Shown here: one piece after another, positions 1-12,344 of the stretch
Position numbering within the stretch: the stretch's first letter is position 1
How the letters are laid out: each line of letters begins with the position of its first letter
NCBI GenBank assembly: GCA_028534125.1
Contig: CM052817.1
Coordinates: 49,602,001-49,666,000 of the forward strand
Direction of reading: 5' to 3'
DNA length: 64,000 nucleotides
DNA from: Lama glama
Taxonomy: Eukaryota
The notes under the pieces: model-generated
What the model saw: only the letters and a program-made list of their open reading frames with translations
The model's database searches: none
What the model was told of the DNA's origin: nothing
Program-made: the position numbers and the translations under genes

Positions 1-3000
1 ACATAGTAGATTGTTAATAAGTATTTTTTAAATATATGATTGCATGTGGTCATGTAAGATAATGAAACAAAACTTAGTAGGCATCTATAAGACTACAATT
101 TCAGCAAGGGAATAAAGTGGAGATACAGATTTAGGTGTTGACTGAATAGAGGAGAGTTCTATAAAGTCATGAGAATACACTAACTCTTGAAAGAGAGTTT
201 TTTTTTGAAAAAAAAAAATTCAGAAGACCTAGTATAGGAACCTTCTACTTGAGGTCTTAAAGGACTTCCTTCAACTTAAAAATTAAGGGGAAAAAATGCT
301 TATTTATTGTTTGTGTCACAAGTCTTTTTGGATTAAATTCTGCCTGTGGAGCTTATGGTATGTTGATTAGTTTGACACATTTTTTCTTTCAGTGTAAGCC
401 ACTGAGGTACAGCTAATACATAAGAATGTAAAGTGGGCTAGTCTGTCTTACTCAGATCCTATATCATTTGATAAAGAACATCTCAGCCTGCTTTGTTTCA
501 AATGAGAAACACCTAATGATTATTTCATTCTACTATTACATAGTTGGAAAACAGAAACCTCCAAAACCATGAGGAGACCACGTAAAGAATGCTCTGTAAG
601 TTAGTTTTTGAAGTCTCACTGAACTGCTTAAAACTGATCAATTGTTTTAGCTACCAACAGAATATTTATCAGCAAGCACAGTATTGTGGTAATTTGTATC
701 TGAATGATAATAGACTATATATACAACTTTGAAGCTGGTTATAATGAAGTAATTAAACTATTTGTATTGAAATACAATAATTTATCCTATTTCTAAAATA
801 TATATTTTGCCTAAAAGTAAAAGTTTTTCAAACAAAACAATTAGGATCTGAGAAAAAAAAATTACTGACTTGAACATTGGTGTGAACAACTCTAAGATCT
901 ACTCTTTGAGATTGAAAAAATAAACATATATTATGTTTTGATCTTCTCAGTTCCATAATTTAACGAGTACATGGAAATGATCCATGGAGATGAGTTGATC
1001 TTACAGTGAGTGTTCCCAGTTTTTGTCCTAAGTTGTCTGGATAAATAATGTCTACTAATTCTTATGCTGTATTAGAGAAAGGCTACTGAATTTGGTCTCC
1101 TTTTCCTTCAGCCAGTGATGCATTTATTCTAACCCACAGGACTTGTTATCTCCCTTGAGGTGGTCTCTTTCTTCCATGTTATCACTCTTTGGTAGTGCTT
1201 GCACTTGGCAAGGAGTGATCCTCCACTAAATCCCCTTTATGCTCTTTCTTCAATGGTAAAGTAATACATTGATTGCTTTAGTAAGTGCAAGGTAAAACTT
1301 AAGGTCAGCCCTCAAACCCTAGGCTATTAGTAAGTATGAGGTTAAATTATTTATTTGCAATGACTTTATTTATTAAGTTCATAAATTTAATTAATTTATT
1401 TTAAAATCTGAAATTACAGAGAAATGTACACAAATCTTTTATAGAATCTATTCTAAAAGTTATATTTTTCTATTTTTTTATTTTGGATACTGAAGAAACA
1501 TGATCAATTTGGGAGTATCTTAACTTTCTCCTTGATGTCTTGGTGTAATATCCTATTGTTAACTTTTTCCTATTGATGCGATGCCTCATACACTCGTTGT
1601 CTTTTGACTGATAATAAATCAATCAACAGCACAGTAATAGAAACAAGTGTGGTGCCTGCCCACATGAAGCAACGTGCGCTAAGGTGCTGAGAAAGCAATG
1701 AGATCAAATTCATGTGTAGTAATTCACTTCTATAGTGCATGTTACTAATGCCCGCCAGCCTTCCGAATTAGCGGATAGAGTTATTCAGCCTTAGAATGAA
1801 CATTCATTGAAAAATCTTCATATGCTACATTAATTAGAACCTAATACATAAATGTCTCTATTTAATACAATTAAAGCAAAGAACTAGAGAATTATGTTGC
1901 TAAAATGAGAACCATACAGACAGAAGAGTTTGGAAAACACCCTTTTTGAACTCTATTGAAAACAATTAGCAATACAGTGCTAATCCTAGGGAAAAAAATG
2001 GATTTGAGAGAAAGTACAATACTTAATACTTCTGGGCTTTATTATGGGCCAGACACTATGTTCAGTCCTTTATACTTATTATCTTGTTTAAACTATGTAC
2101 AAGTATTAGACTACTTTTCCGGGGTGGGAGGGGGTGGGGACTGGGATATAGAAAGGTTAAGAATGTTCCCAAGTTCACATGGTTAGTTGATGACACAGCA
2201 TACTGGTGTACCGCCATCCACCATGGGAAAGTCATTACCTCAGAGAATAAAGGGATTATTTTACATATTCACTAAAAGCAGAAGGGAAAAAATAAAAATA
2301 ATCAAAGAAACAGAACTTTTAAAATCAAACAGATGATAATTTGAGAGAATGGTGTAGCAGGAAAGGTTCCTGAGAAAGACAATTAAACGTCTATTTTTGA
2401 GCTTTTAAAAATAAGATAGCTTCTATTGTGATCTCTAACTGTTTAAATACTACTCTATCTCTTAATTCTCACCCCCAAGTCCTATAATTCAATATGAAAA
2501 TGCTGATTTTCTTAAAAGAAGAAATATGTACATACTGCATGTTTCATTCCAGAACCCTCAGAGCTGGTTCTTAACTTACTTGGACATGCTTTTTGTATGG
2601 CAAAATTTCCTCCACTTAAGCCAAAGAGTTTATTTTCTACTGTATTATTATTTATAAATATAAAGAGCTGAGAATATTTTTATGAGTTTAAACAAATATC
2701 AATTATTAAAATATTAATTCATTAATGAGAAATATTTTAATGTAAACATTAAAATCATTTAAAAGCATATTTGCACAATGTTAATTTCAAGTTAGCACAG
2801 TATTACCATATAGAAAATCAAAATAATAATGTTATAGCAGATACTAAAATTAAGATAATATCAGTTTCGTTAGATTTAAAAAATTTTTTTTCTTTTGGAA
2901 AAAATCATATCTCCAGAGAATGAAAGTTATTTTTCCTAAGTTAAGCTATAATTTTCAATATAGTTAAAGTGATTTGATAAGTTCCTGTGAACTACTTATT

Positions 3001-3899
3001 CAGAATTCTTTATTCCTTCTCAAAATTATATTGTCACATGTCTCTTTGTCACATTGTTTATGACTATACAAACTGACAATCTACCTCAGTTCTTCTATTT
3101 GTAAAATGTCATGGGAAATGTATTTTATATTAATGTCTTAGTGGAATATTATAATGAAAGTGTAAAGATAAGATTCATATTGTTATTTGTAGCATCTTAG
3201 ATAAACATATTCTGTATGAATAACAAAGATGCATGTTTAAATCTTTTTTTTCCCCTTTAATATCTCCTGGCTCTGATCCTTTAAAAACAGCTCTTAAAAT
3301 TGTAATATTCTTCCTGAAACTTTACTGATTTTCATTACAAGTTCATGTATTCAGATTAAAAGCTCTGTGGGTGAATTATCTAAAGTGACTATTTATAAAT
3401 ATTGAGGAATTCACATGCACTAAAATAGACTAAGCTATTCCTAATGATAAGAAAGGAGAAAAAGGTTTTTTTAAATTTTTTTGGATCTTTTTGGTGGTAA
3501 ATAAATTATATCAATAAAATCTGTTATCTTTAGAGCTCAAATGGACAGTATTAGAAAAGGTAATGCAGTCGTAACCCTTTACTTATGAGGAAGATAAATC
3601 CCAATGAGCTATACAGCAAGCCCATTATCATACCACCGAAACAAAGGCAAGCATCTTGGCACAGAGCCCAGGTCTGTTGCACATCGCCACACCTGATGAT
3701 TCCCTCAAAGAGGAGAAGATACAATCATTTTAATGAAGTACAGAGCACCCAATGTACTCTAATGTTTTGCTGGTTTATTTTTTTTTAAAACAAATTGAGG
3801 CCATACCTCAATGCTGATCATACCTTCCCAACCGGAAAAGTGTGGCCCTCTAAATCATCACCAGTTGCAAGTGGTCTGCCCTCGCTGCTTGGAGCTTCT

Positions 3900-4124
3900 C
3901 TACGAAGGTATTGACAATTCCTCCACCTGTGGAACCAGCAGGTACAAAGTTGATCATGTTCTTATCAGGCTATTTCCAGACTGCAGACCTCAGTCACTAA
4001 ACCAGTCAGACTTGTTTTCTTTTCTTGTTGCCAATGACTCTCATTATTTTCCAGCCTCCCAGCTCTGACCTAGCTGATAAAGATCAGATGGTGCCTGAAT
4101 AGAAGGTGCCCCAGTTCTGGGTCC
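3900..4124 (+). promoter_or_regulatory. Probable proximal promoter / 5' UTR of TMPRSS11F
   Basis: Immediately upstream of the start codon and less AT-rich than its flanks; contains a p53/p63-type half-site AGACTTGTTT (4008-4017) and a GATA motif. The transcription start cannot be determined from sequence. Confidence 0.45.
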
Positions 4125-4135
4125 ATGATGTACGG
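4125..4135 (+). CDS. TMPRSS11F: TMPRSS11F coding exon 1 (M-M-Y-G, phase-2 end)
   Basis: ATG ATG TAC GG followed by the donor gtaagt at 4136; joins in frame to exon 2 (GG+A = Gly) giving MMYGPVEFSE, matching the TMPRSS11F N-terminus as I recall it (human MMYAPVEFSE). Confidence 0.9.
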
Positions 4136-7100
4136 GTAAGTACTCAGCTTTTCTTGGTCAAAGTTATCAGTGGTGATAGAGGTTTATGATTCCTGAGACA
4201 GGCAGGACAGATGTTGGCAGGTGGAGAGTGCTTTAAAAATAAGAATTTCTCATGTGTGTTATTGTATTTTGTGTTAAAGTTTTCTTTTGTTGTTGTCTTT
4301 AAACGTAAGAATTTTTTTAAACAAGAGGTGGTCTTTTCTTTCTAAATGGTAGAAATAGAAATAACGTGCAGTAATATATTATATTACACATAAACATTTA
4401 GAAAAATCTATGCTTCAAAATTAAAATATTTAATATGGTTTATTTAGCTTCTTTAGAATGATCAATAGCTTGGTATAAATTTTTGTCTTACTTTGCTCAT
4501 TTAAGTATATTCTGGAAAAAGTTGAAATATAAATGTAAAAGGAGAGTCTATTAGAGTTTGTATTTCTTTAACTCTAAATAATATAAAGTATCATAGCAAT
4601 AGGATTATTGTATCTATCATATGAATGAAATGATGAAATTAAAAATTATTGAATTAACAAAATCCAGACTCTATATGACATTTGAAATAATTGAGCTTCA
4701 AAATAATTAATTAATGAATTTAAGGTAAATAAACTGTATTTATATTTATGTTCAGGTAACTTCAGGCTATTGTTTTTTACAGACTCAGAAATGAATAACT
4801 GATATTTGATGAGAGTGATTTAGTTCAAATTCCTATTTAGTCTAACCTTGCTTCTCAGAGGTTCTTAATCTCTCTACAGACACCAGTTTCCTAAATGTTC
4901 TGCACTGACTAATGTTTCAAACTTAATCATGATTTTGTGATAATTATAATTGTGCAATCATTTGATTTTTGTCTTCAATTAAATATAGTACTTTAAGCCT
5001 GTAGGCATTAACACTTAAACAATGAGTGTTCTTGCCCTCCCTAATTTACTGTCAAATAATAGCAGAGCCTGAGGAAGACTGCCCATTTCATTCATTTAGC
5101 TTATCCCCATGGACCCTTTCACAACAGCATGATGTAGCATATCCTCTGTATTTCTTACTAAATATGAAAAAGTGTATTTCTTATTTACCAAGATAAAGTT
5201 AGGATAAGACAAAATGTACAGGAGAAAAAACTTACTTTGATATTTAACAAGCTTCCTATAAATATAATATCTTAACAACTTCAGTTTTAAAAAATTAGCA
5301 AAGGGCTTGAAGTTCTCTCATTTTTTTTTTTCAGAATTCTGCGGTATAGCTTTTCTATCAGCCTGGTTCTCTTCTTCCCAATTTTTGGCATTGTTCTACT
5401 CACTCACTTTTCCAATCTGAAAGTATTGTTGCAGACATGAAACTTCTGTATTGAAGCCTCATCAGCTTTGATCCAGAGCTTATTGTTCTGGGGATTTAAA
5501 GTATCTTTCAATTAGGATCCCAGATGAGTATTATTTTTAACACAGATATTTTAGACAGAATTCTAAAAACACGAATTGTGCCATAGAAGTAAGATAAGAA
5601 GGTTAGCAAGTGGTTCATTTAATTCATTTGTAAAGGTATTTTGTGCAAGGGATCTAGTCTCTCAAAGAGTAAATAAGCTAAATATATGATGGCTTCTTAG
5701 CAGAAGTTCTTTGTCATTGATGTGGTGGAAAGAATACTAGTATGAACTTTAGATGTGTTCTAGATTCAGCTTTGTGCTTATTTGTCTGGACAAGTCACTT
5801 ACCTCTCAAGACCTCACTTTTATCCATAAACTATAGGGAGAGTTTACACTAAAATAGATGGGTAGAGTGCTATCACTATTAATGGGACTTGAAATATTTT
5901 TTGTGGATAAGCATGAAGCTATTTTTGGTTTACTGATTCATAATTTGAGTATTTTGGTAGTAAGTTCACTTTGACTTTTTTCTTTGTTGTATTAAAAATA
6001 ATTAAATAATATATGATATATTGTTTTACTATATCATATATAGTAAGTGTATTATATTGTGGAGCTGTTATTTTAAATATATGATTGTGTATCACACCCC
6101 ACTGTGATGTAGAACATTTCTTACATGGGTCATAGTCAAAAATATTTTTAAAAACATCCCATTAGATAGCCGTAAAGTCTTTCTGAATACTTAAATTCTA
6201 TGATTTCAAAAAGTTAATAGCTAATTAATATGGAGAACGTTAACCTTCTGAAGGCCTTAGAGAACCACTTAAATTATCCTAGAGTGTTGATTATTTTTTC
6301 CCTAGTCCCTATATCTGGTGTGTCTACAAGTGAGACAGGGATAAGAGATGTTACTGGCAAGTAGGCTTAGAGGCAAAAGGCAAATCAACATGCCACACCC
6401 TGATGGCGTAATCTGATAAATGTTTTTTAAAAAAGTATAAACGAGGTATTATGGGGGTGCCCACTCAATCTCATAAAAGCTTCTCTGAGTATACAGTGAT
6501 TGAGTTTAGTTTTTAAAATCAAGTAAGAATTAGCTGCAGGAGAAAGAAGGAGGTATTCTTGGGATGAGAGAACACAGCCCTTGTAAAAACCCAAGAGACT
6601 TGACATGCACTCACAAAGAGATGCTGGAAGTTATCAAATGAAACTGATTAGTCAGACTATGAAGGGCCTTTTATACCAGATTAAAATCTTTGAACTTTGA
6701 GAGTTGAGTAAAGACTGAAATGAGAGAAAGAAATGATGAAATTTGCAATTTAGAAATGTTACAGTAGAACACCAAAGCAGTGTGGTTCTACTATCTTTTT
6801 GGTACAGTTGCAGAACTAAGTGAAAGAAGTGCCAAGGAGACCATCTATGGGCATGCTGTTTCCCCTGCCAATAATCAGTGTTCCTTTTCACATTTGGTGA
6901 GACCCTATAGCCTTCCTGCCCTTGTGTCTTACACCTTATTTACTCCTGAAGCACAGCCATCCTATCTAAACTTGCATAATATATGGTATATACTTCCTCC
7001 TTTGGCACTTCTCTGTATGATTGTTTGTTTACAATAATGTCTTCTTAGTTAAACAGAGCTGTCTGTATTCCCAGTGACAAACACATTGCTTGGCCCATTG

Positions 7101-7435
7101 TAGACTGTTCACAGTGACTTACATACATCTAAAGTCAAAGAACAGATACTAAGAATGTAGGAAAGGCCAGGAGTAAACAAAAATTTCAGATTTGCTTTTC
7201 ATTATATATTCAAGAAGAGCTATGAGATACTTGAGATATACTAATTCAGAAGGTAAATAAAAAGCTGAACAATAAAAAGAATTCATTCCAAGAAAACTTT
7301 TGTTGTTGGTGCTAGTGAGGATTTACTGTAGAAGACGGGAAAGCATCAGACACATGCTTATGGAATAGATTTTATAGTCTCATTTATTTGGTAATTCAAC
7401 AAATACTTATGATTTTAGGTTATAGTGTACTAGTA

Positions 7436-7585
7436 GTACACTATACATACATGCTATATGTGCATATCTGCATACACTATTTACATTATATATACATGAT
7501 ATGTGTTGTGCATACGTATCATGTGTAGATACATACACATACCACATGCACATAAACAAATGCACACATAGACACATATATGAAT
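7436..7585. repeat. Degenerate (TA/CA/TG)-rich low-complexity tract
   Basis: Mostly alternating purine/pyrimidine sequence such as tatacatacatgctatatgtgcata...acacatagacacatata. Confidence 0.7.
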
Positions 7586-8555
7586 GAAACAAACATATTC
7601 TCTCCTTTTACGGTGTTCACAGTCTAAAAGAGGAGACAGGATAAAGTTGAGGTAAAAGTTTTGTATTTTTTTCCAATAATTTTCTCTAATCACTTCATTT
7701 ATCTTATAATTCCTGGATTTGATGATAATGCTGATGATAGTAACTGCCAGCTCTTTTAAAAAATAGATTTTCAATTCATACGATAACACTCTACAGTCGA
7801 CTTTTGTGTATATTTAGATAAATGAAAGCTAAATTTGTGAAGTACATTTTAAAAACAATAAATACTGAAAAAAAATTCCTATTGTGCTTAAAGAAGCCTT
7901 GTAAAGATCTAAATTGGATCTCTCAACATTATTCAACAAATGTAGGAAGACAACACAGAAACCAATATCTTGACCAAGAAGACAAGTCTGTGTTGCATTG
8001 AGCAGTTATTTGCAGTAGTCTTTGAAAAGGATATTGTGTCATTGGAATTCTATGGGTTTGGGTTAGAGTAATGGGTAAATATTTAGGAATGAGAAAGTTT
8101 TCACACTCTTGAATCATGTAATCATTATATGGTCTCATTATTTATTGTAAGGCATTTGAACCTTTAGCATTTCAGGAAGCTTAATATTTAAAATCTAGCT
8201 TCAAAAGCCAATTCAAAGACAAATCAGAAATATTTGCATTTGTCGTTTTAGATTCTGTACAGTATATTTTCTTCTAATAGTGTGTAAGACTAAACTCTGA
8301 CTCTTAACTGATTTCCTGTAGTTGCCAGTATTTAAAATGTATTGACTTTTCTTTAAATTCTTTTATAAAGTTCTTAAGACTTTATAATTAATTGTTTATT
8401 ACTGCTCAGAATTGAAAACAGGGTACTTTGAGGCATTCAACAATTTATATTATCATTGGGTGAAGAGAGCAGCCTACATTTTAGGTATTTTATACAAAAT
8501 AAAAAATGAATTAATCTAAAATATAACTATAGAAAATGTACAGTAGTATGAGCTA

Positions 8556-8636
8556 CTAGTAGAAACCATATGAAATTGCCCTTTTTATAGGTTAAAAATG
8601 ACTGAATACCAGAAATTTCTTATGGTTAAAATTTAT
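8556..8636. mobile_element. MADE2-like mariner-derived MITE (~80 bp)
   Basis: Inverted repeats aaccatatgaaatt (8564-8577) and aatttcttatggtt (8614-8627), 13/14 complementary; the spacer resembles the MADE2 consensus as recalled. Confidence 0.75.
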
Positions 8637-11515
8637 CTAATCTATTCCAGGTCTTGTTTTACTTATCCTAGAATGTAATAAATGGAATGACTAATGCAAC
8701 TTTAAAAGCTTTTATAGGCTTTTAAAAACTTTTATAAACTATCAAGGCAATGTTTGAAAAATCCTTCATACTACCTAAAAAATACTGGCTTAAATACTAG
8801 AATGTCAAATACTCTTGAGCCACACTTCTCCACAGGTGAGATAAAATGAGCAAGTTGGCAAGAATTAAGTTCTGAAAATAGAAAAAGTAAAATCCAGTGC
8901 AAAACAGAGTGTAAGATTTGTCTAGAACCTATGGCAAACAAAAAAGGGAAAATAGCCCAGATAATCATTTAATCTACAAAATGTGAAATAATTGCCTTAA
9001 GTCTTGTATCTCCCCTTCTCACACCTATTGACAAATTCTTGAACTTGCTCTGCCCTGCTTCTTCTCATAATCAACTAAACTTGTATAGGCAGAAGAACCT
9101 AAAGTGAATGAGGCCTTTGTATAATACGGCAGTGTCAAATCATAAGAGAAGCTATACGAAGTAAGAATTGACAGTTGCATCTTGGTTAAATGTTTTTAAA
9201 AATAGATTAAAAATCAGGTCAGTTATGTTACTCCCATACTGAACTCACTGGTACTTTCATACATACTTTCACACTGAACTCATGATTTCAGCCATATGTA
9301 TAGACCTGAATAAGTTGTAGAGGCCTGTTAAGGATTCAGTTTGATATATTAGCATAGATACCACCTTGAAAGGTATCTCAGCTCTCCTGTCTAAGTCAGT
9401 GAGGCATTATGACCCTACTACCTCTTTTCCCTTTTATAATTCATCCTTCCATAGTCATCTTTCTTCTTGGTGGTTACTACCCTCTGTTTATACCTTTATT
9501 TCTAATCTCAAACTTCAGTTGCTTTAGGTATTACTAGTCACCATTTCTGTTATTGGTAAGGTAGAGGAAAGATCAATTCATTTTTTCTTTATTTACATAA
9601 CATATCACTTTTAAGAACATACTAACTCACGGGATAAAATGCTTGAGACAAGTACCTTCACCTTTTCACATTTTCAGTAAAGTTAACTCAAGAAATATGT
9701 CCTAAAATTTTTTTTTTCTCTTTGAAGGAAAGCAGACTTAGATCTCTTGCCTTTTATGACTAATCTTTTTGGGGGCAACTGTTTCTTGCTTAGGACTGTT
9801 CTTATGTTCTTTACCCTTTGGCCCAATAAGAACAGCAAAAATTAAGTGAGTATTTAATACTTCTTTTAAGTTGGTAAAACCATTCATTTCTCTTTGTTTG
9901 AATTTATTTAGCTGGTCAACTGCCATCTCCTCACTGACAAAAAGAATATTAAATATTCTTCACAACTGCTCTATGGCAATATGGAAGATATGACTTATTA
10001 GCCAAGAGCTTACTCTTTCACAAATTTATGGACTTCAGATTTTTTAATAGTGTTATGTATATCTATTTGTGTTGTGGGGATCTCTTTGTCTTGACTCTCT
10101 CAGGACCCTCCATTAGTTGGAAATTTGGATGGCTGATGTAGAGCTACAGTTTATTATCAAGGGACATAGTAAGGCCAGCTGTTAGTATATTCTTACCTTA
10201 CTCGAATAAGCTGAGCCAGGTACTACTGCTGATATTTGTAAGCCAGAGTTCAGATTTAAGCATCAATCTACATTCTCTCAAATTAAAAAAAAAGTTTAAT
10301 TCTTCCCAATTTTTTAAGTGGATTAGTAATCAAGAGTACTAATGTGCATATCTCTAAACTAATGAGGATAAAAGTTACTCCATACAATATTGTCTTTCTG
10401 GAAGTGGTCTAATAAATTTTAAATGAGATTAACTTTCATTCAACAGACTATGTATTAAGATTTGTTCTAGATGCTTGAAACTGGATTATCTACTTTAATT
10501 ACATGTTTTCCATTCATTAGAATAAGTGAAATAAACATTGGGGTTTAAAATGGATTCTCCATATAAGAATTGTATTTTCTTTGATTCATGTTGCATTTGC
10601 TAATGCTAATGTTACATTTATAGTGCATAACTGCTTAACTACATAGAAGAAACTACATGGAAATTAGATTTCAAATGCTGCAGATATACTTAATGAAATA
10701 TGACTATTATTATGCATATAGCTATGAAATAAGCTTCTTTTCCCTGGATATAGTTCCTTTTCAGAGTTTTCTCTATAGTCAGATATAATATTATAATAAG
10801 TCAATTAATGGATTTTTATGCAAATATAGAAGCAAATCTATTTATGAAAATAAAAGTAGGATCTATCAGCATATGAAATTCAACAATAGAACTCTGGTCA
10901 TTCTTACAAAGACAAAATTTAGTACTTACATTGTTTAAGTTATACACACAGTTTGTCAGTTTTCTTTAAAAGCTCAGTAAATAAAATTTAATCATTCTTT
11001 GTAATTTCATAGCTATGAAGTTTATCTTTTTAAACGTCTGGGAATTACATGAATTTTCTATAGCAAATAATTATCAATTAACCACCTAATATATTCCTAG
11101 AACATAAAAAATTAAAAATAGCTACTTGAAAAAATTATATCTAATGAAATAGCATTTGGGTTGTATATTTTTAGGTCATTTGTCAATGATAAGGCAGCTC
11201 AGCATTTGAGGGGAAAATTCCAAGAATGAGAAGCTCTAAAATTTCTTCGTATGCAGCACTCTAACCTACCCATTACCTCTTTCACAGATGACCTTTCAGA
11301 AATGTGACAGAAAGATTCTGGGGCATGTTAATTTTGTTTATTTAACATGCAGATTATATTAGTTGTAGATGAGAACACTGTTGATCTTCCTTATCTAGGA
11401 CATTTATATCTTAATCACAGCTCCTCCCTCTGAACTGGATTGCAAAATACCACTGAAATACAAACCTTTACACCAGTCAATCAAACAGAAAGCTAAGTAA
11501 AGAACACTGGCTGCT

Positions 11516-11587
11516 CACTATTTATAATAGCCAAGACATGGAAACAACCTAAATGTCCATCAACATATGACTGGATAAAGAAGATGT

Positions 11588-11640
<53 letters not shown>

Positions 11641-12127
11641 GTATTATACTTATATATAATGGGAAATTACTCAGCCATAAAAAAGAATGAAATAATGCCA
11701 CTTGCAGCAACATGGATGGACCTAGAGATTATCATAGAGTGAAGTAAGTCAAACAGGGAAAGATAGATATCATATGGTATCACATATGTGGAATCTAAAA
11801 AAAAAAAGAAACACATTCTATTTATAAACCAAAAACAGACTCATGGACATAGAAAACAAACTATGGTTACCAAAGGGGAAAGGGTGAGGAGAGAGAAATT
11901 AAGAGCTTGGGGATTAAGATACACATTACTATATATAAAATAGATAAACAACAAGGACCTACTGTATAGCACAGAGAACTGTATTCCATTTCTTGTGATA
12001 ACATATAATGAAAGAGAATCTGAAAAGAAAATTTAAATATGTATCTGTATGTTTAACTGAATCACTTTGCTGTATACCTGAAACTAACATTGTAAATCAA
12101 CTACACTTCAACAAAAAATTTTTGAAA
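11516..12127 (+). mobile_element. 5'-truncated LINE-1 3' end with target-site duplication
   Basis: Typical L1 ORF2-end/3'UTR text (atagccaagacatggaaacaacctaaatgtccatcaac...ctgtatagcacag...aaatcaactacacttc) and A-rich tail; flanked by aaagaacactggctgct (11499-11515) and aaagaacactggttgct (12128-12144), 16/17 identical. Confidence 0.92.
11588..11639 (+). repeat. (GATA)13 tetranucleotide microsatellite
   Basis: Perfect GATA run inside the L1 fragment. Confidence 0.97.
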
Positions 12128-12179
12128 AAAGAACACTGGTTGCTTATTGACTTGACCTTCCCTGATTCCCTACTCTACT

Positions 12180-12320
12180 GTTTTTATTTAAAATTTTTAT
12201 TGAAGTATACTTGGTTGACAATATTATATTAGTTTCTGATGTACAGCATAGTGATTCAGTATTTTTACAAATTATATCTCATTAAAAGTTATTACAAGAT
12301 AATGGCTATAATTTTCATGG
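12180..12320 (-). mobile_element. Short LINE-1 3' terminal fragment
   Basis: ttttattgaagtatacttggttgacaatattatattagtttc...tacagcatagtgattcag is the reverse complement of an L1 3' terminus. Confidence 0.7.
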
Positions 12321-12344
12321 CTGTTAATGCCATTATATATAGTA

